A model generated the notes under the pieces. It was not told the DNA's origin, made no database searches, and was given only the letters and a program-made list of their open reading frames with translations. Positions 37,481 to 39,982 of a DNA stretch of 39,982 bases are shown here, piece by piece. How positions within the stretch are numbered: position 1 is the first letter of the stretch; every line of letters starts with the position of its first letter. The position numbers and the translations under genes are program-made. Origin of the DNA: Candidatus Thorarchaeota archaeon (GTDB lineage Archaea > Asgardarchaeota > Thorarchaeia > Thorarchaeales > Thorarchaeaceae); NCBI GenBank assembly GCA_016840855.1, contig JAEORO010000050.1:1-39982 (forward strand), given 5' to 3'.

Positions 37481-38095
37481 TTAGTAGTTGTTCCATGCGA
37501 TGCTGCTGACATCTATATATGCAGGATAGCTGCTTGTCGTATGATCTTCGTCTTGACAGACCATTCCACCATTTCCTACAGCGACGAATAATGTAACACC
37601 TATATATCTTACAGTGCTATAATATGTCGAGAAGTAGGCGTGGAATTCACTGGATGAGAAATCAAGGGCTTCATGGACATCTGCACCCCTATGCACATTA
37701 TAGACGTTGATCTCTGCAATGAAAGCCTTACTGGCATCTAAAAGCTTGATGAAGATTTTTACATCTGACCCTGAGAACCATCCTACGTTGTTGATATATC
37801 CCACGAGTGATATATGTGCTTCTACATGCCAACGATAACTGCCTGTTTGACTTTGATAGGCAAATACTTCAGCTCCAGCATCACAACTTAAAGCATAAAT
37901 GTATGCATAGCACTTGCATCTGCCTGTGTATTTATTAGCATCAGAATTCTTGACGCCCCCTATCCCTGTCACCCAATCAAACTCATGAGAATAGGCAGGA
38001 GTATCACTACCACTAACTGCAGCTACTAATCCTATGAGTTGAAAAAGGAGAACCATACTAAATAGGGTTGCGGCTATCTTAATTTTCCGATTCAT
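37481..38095 (-). CDS. Secreted beta-rich protein with a Sec-type signal peptide and 4 Cys
   Basis: MNRKIK, a hydrophobic core and a VAA| cleavage-like site; SD GGAGGTGA; no C-terminal anchor. Confidence 0.85.
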   Translation of the reverse strand: MNRKIKIAATLFSMVLLFQLIGLVAAVSGSDTPAYSHEFDWVTGIGGVKNSDANKYTGRCKCYAYIYALSCDAGAEVFAYQSQTGSYRWHVEAHISLVGYINNVGWFSGSDVKIFIKLLDASKAFIAEINVYNVHRGADVHEALDFSSSEFHAYFSTYYSTVRYIGVTLFVAVGNGGMVCQDEDHTTSSYPAYIDVSSIAWNNY

Positions 38096-38098
38096 TGT

Positions 38099-38148
38099 TT
38101 CACCTCCGAACGTGCGAGCTGGATTGAGCCAAAAACGTTCGAAGTGAA
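38099..38148 (-). promoter_or_regulatory. 5' leader hairpin sequestering the Shine-Dalgarno sequence
   Basis: mRNA UUCACUUCGAACGU...ACGUUCGGAGGUGAA-ACA-AUG forms a 14-bp stem with one bulge and one G-U pair. Confidence 0.65.
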
Positions 38149-38691
38149 TTGCTGCAGGAATATTATGAATGTGTGGAAGCAGAAGAAAACAGAAAAGGAA
38201 TTTTTATGAAGAAATAATAGACAATTGAAAATAAGCGCTTTCATTTGGAGAAAACCGGCATACAAAAGCAGCACATTTAATGACTGATTCTTGTTCGATA
38301 AGGAATTCAAGATGAGATGATGTTTCCCAGTAATCGAGTTAGAAATGCTATGATTAAACGATTTTTAAACTGTCTATACTACAGTAATTAGATTACAATT
38401 TTCTGCTCCCCACAAGAACCTCTGTCTATGAGGAACTTTACGATATCTTTTGACCTAATCTTGAAACAATGGATGCTTCACCAAACGCATCTTTCATATC
38501 GAATTTGAAGCTTGTAATGTTATAGGCGATTAAATACTATTTGATTTATCTGTAGATGAAAAACATGGTCACTGTAATGTGATATACGAATGTTGAATTG
38601 ATCTTTATGAATGAAGGAGTTAATGAATAACTACCTGACTTGATAGTCGTTGATTATTCCCTTGATGCCGTGTTACTCTCACAAATTTACA

Positions 38692-39591
38692 TCAGCAAAG
38701 TATAGTGCGATAATTAATCCATAAAATGTTTGGAAAACTATACCAGGAAACGCATGTTATGAACGATAGCTTTGAGATTTCCTCGAATCTACGAAGTTCA
38801 CACAAAATCTTCTTGTAGTCAATCATGGTGACTGGAGAAACCAATACATAAAGAACAGGTTCTATTGCACATCTATAAGTTTCTAAGATTCTATTTTTGA
38901 TTGATTGTGTTTCCAGTTTTATAAGGAACCTTTCTGTTTTAGGTGATTCTCTCAACTGAAGTTTCATTATATATCCTGTATTTATACCTGCACTCGGATT
39001 CCAACTCAATGTGAAGCGAAACAGAGTTCCATTCATAGTCGAAATTATTTTGCGAATTGTTTTTGTAGAGATGCCCGACCGTTTCGCAATATCTGGAACA
39101 GATAAACGTGGATCTTCTGACATCTCTTCAACTACACGCTTTTCGGATTTGGTTAGAATTCTGCTTTGGCCCCTTGAAAACATGAGCGGATAAGGTTTCA
39201 CCATGCTAACAGGACTAAAGCTGCGTATGTAATCTGAAAGGACCGCAGCTCCTTCAACTCCAAGGCAATATGCAATAATGATATACTCCCCCAATCCACT
39301 CCAACATACTTCACTAATCATTGAGTTCGTTCCAATTAGCCTAACGAAATCATCAACCTTTTCTGATCCATCAGTATGGACCTCAATTAAATACGCATCT
39401 GCTTTTGCCATCTCCAGACAGTATTGTATCAGATAATTAGTAATAACACCCGTCTGTTCAAGATTTTGAATGCGAGCCCTTATAGCTGGTGCTGAAATTC
39501 CACAAATCTTAGCTAATCCTCTGTGTGAAATTCTGCAATTCCTACGTAGTTCTTGAAGTATTATTCTATCCTTATTGTCTATTATATTCAA
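38692..39591 (-). CDS. Lrp/AsnC family regulator with a tandem HTH-ligand-domain duplication
   Basis: IDNKDRIILQELRRNCRIS..GLA...GIS..AIRARIQNLEQTGVI, and a second HTH LTKSEKRVVEEMSEDPRLSV.DIAKRSGISTKTIRK. Confidence 0.88.
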   Translation of the reverse strand: MNIIDNKDRIILQELRRNCRISHRGLAKICGISAPAIRARIQNLEQTGVITNYLIQYCLEMAKADAYLIEVHTDGSEKVDDFVRLIGTNSMISEVCWSGLGEYIIIAYCLGVEGAAVLSDYIRSFSPVSMVKPYPLMFSRGQSRILTKSEKRVVEEMSEDPRLSVPDIAKRSGISTKTIRKIISTMNGTLFRFTLSWNPSAGINTGYIMKLQLRESPKTERFLIKLETQSIKNRILETYRCAIEPVLYVLVSPVTMIDYKKILCELRRFEEISKLSFITCVSWYSFPNILWINYRTILC

Positions 39592-39629
39592 TAACGGAAC
39601 TCTCCCCAGTCCCTAAGTTCCAATTCGTA

Positions 39630-39872
39630 TTAGTTAGGAACTGCCCTTATATGATTTAGGATGAAAGGAGACCTGTACATAAATTCACATTGAGCATGCT
39701 CACAGATGTTGTGAACATAGACGACATGCGTTGGTTCTAGAGCTGAAACGTGCTCATCAAACTCCTTAACTGCGCAGTCTTTCAAAACAGACACAATCCA
39801 GAGCATACTGAGATTTGGTCGCTGTTCCAGAAAAGCTCTCAAGGATTCCCTGCGTTGTTCCCTTCTATCCAT
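39630..39872 (-). CDS. Small hypothetical protein
   Basis: 80-aa ORF starting 18 nt after the upstream stop and filling the gap before the regulator. Confidence 0.45.
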   Translation of the reverse strand: MDRREQRRESLRAFLEQRPNLSMLWIVSVLKDCAVKEFDEHVSALEPTHVVYVHNICEHAQCEFMYRSPFILNHIRAVPN

Positions 39873-39890
39873 GACTACGCTGTCCTCGAC

Positions 39891-39980
39891 CTAAACAGGA
39901 GCAGCCACTTCCACCTCTCTGTCCTGCATCACGAACACCTCATGACATTGTGGACAGATCACCACCACCACAGCCTTAAG
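39891..39980 (-). CDS. C-terminal end of a Zn-ribbon-like protein (5' part outside the window)
   Basis: Open frame ...LKAVVVVICPQCHEVFVMQDREVEVAAPV* with a CPxC knuckle. Confidence 0.55.
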   Translation of the reverse strand, partial: LKAVVVVICPQCHEVFVMQDREVEVAAPV

Positions 39981-39982
39981 AC

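Noticed and set aside
38092-38310. 72-aa ORF upstream of the secreted gene
   Set aside because: The Phe/Leu bias reflects the T-rich tract, and it has a TTG start without a clear SD. A leader-peptide role that opens the hairpin cannot be fully excluded, because its stop overlaps the next ATG.
1-39982. CRISPR arrays, tRNA/rRNA genes, transposases, integrases and known defence systems
   Set aside because: No repeat-spacer periodicity, cloverleaf or diagnostic protein motifs were seen by eye.

Overview
This is an archaeal-looking chromosomal window, most plausibly from an Asgard archaeon (Thorarchaeia-like). That assignment is an inference from the 7TM-longin fusion, the tandem Lrp/AsnC regulator, GGAGG(TG) Shine-Dalgarno (SD) motifs, TATA-like promoters and sequon-rich membrane-anchored binding proteins. 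Bases 1-34.8 kb are mostly peptide uptake and catabolism plus housekeeping genes. They include two Dpp/Opp ABC importer loci, an orphan degenerate DppD-like ATPase, an M20 peptidase, an Ntn-hydrolase, a DHDPS-family lyase, a divergent citrate synthase, a bacterial-type (class I) GAPDH, an MFS transporter, DUF362, DinB, an acyltransferase-3, two tandem DUF4139/4140 genes, an orphan histidine kinase and several small hypothetical genes. Bases 35-40 kb look like an accessory cassette: an Lrp/AsnC regulator, a 600-bp leader whose hairpin occludes the SD, a secreted Cys-containing protein, an ABC-2 ATPase and permease, and a 2-TM accessory protein. This cassette is the best candidate for an undescribed system. 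Several intergenic RNA structures were found. No rRNA, tRNA, CRISPR array, transposase or integrase was seen. All calls are by eye, with no database searches.
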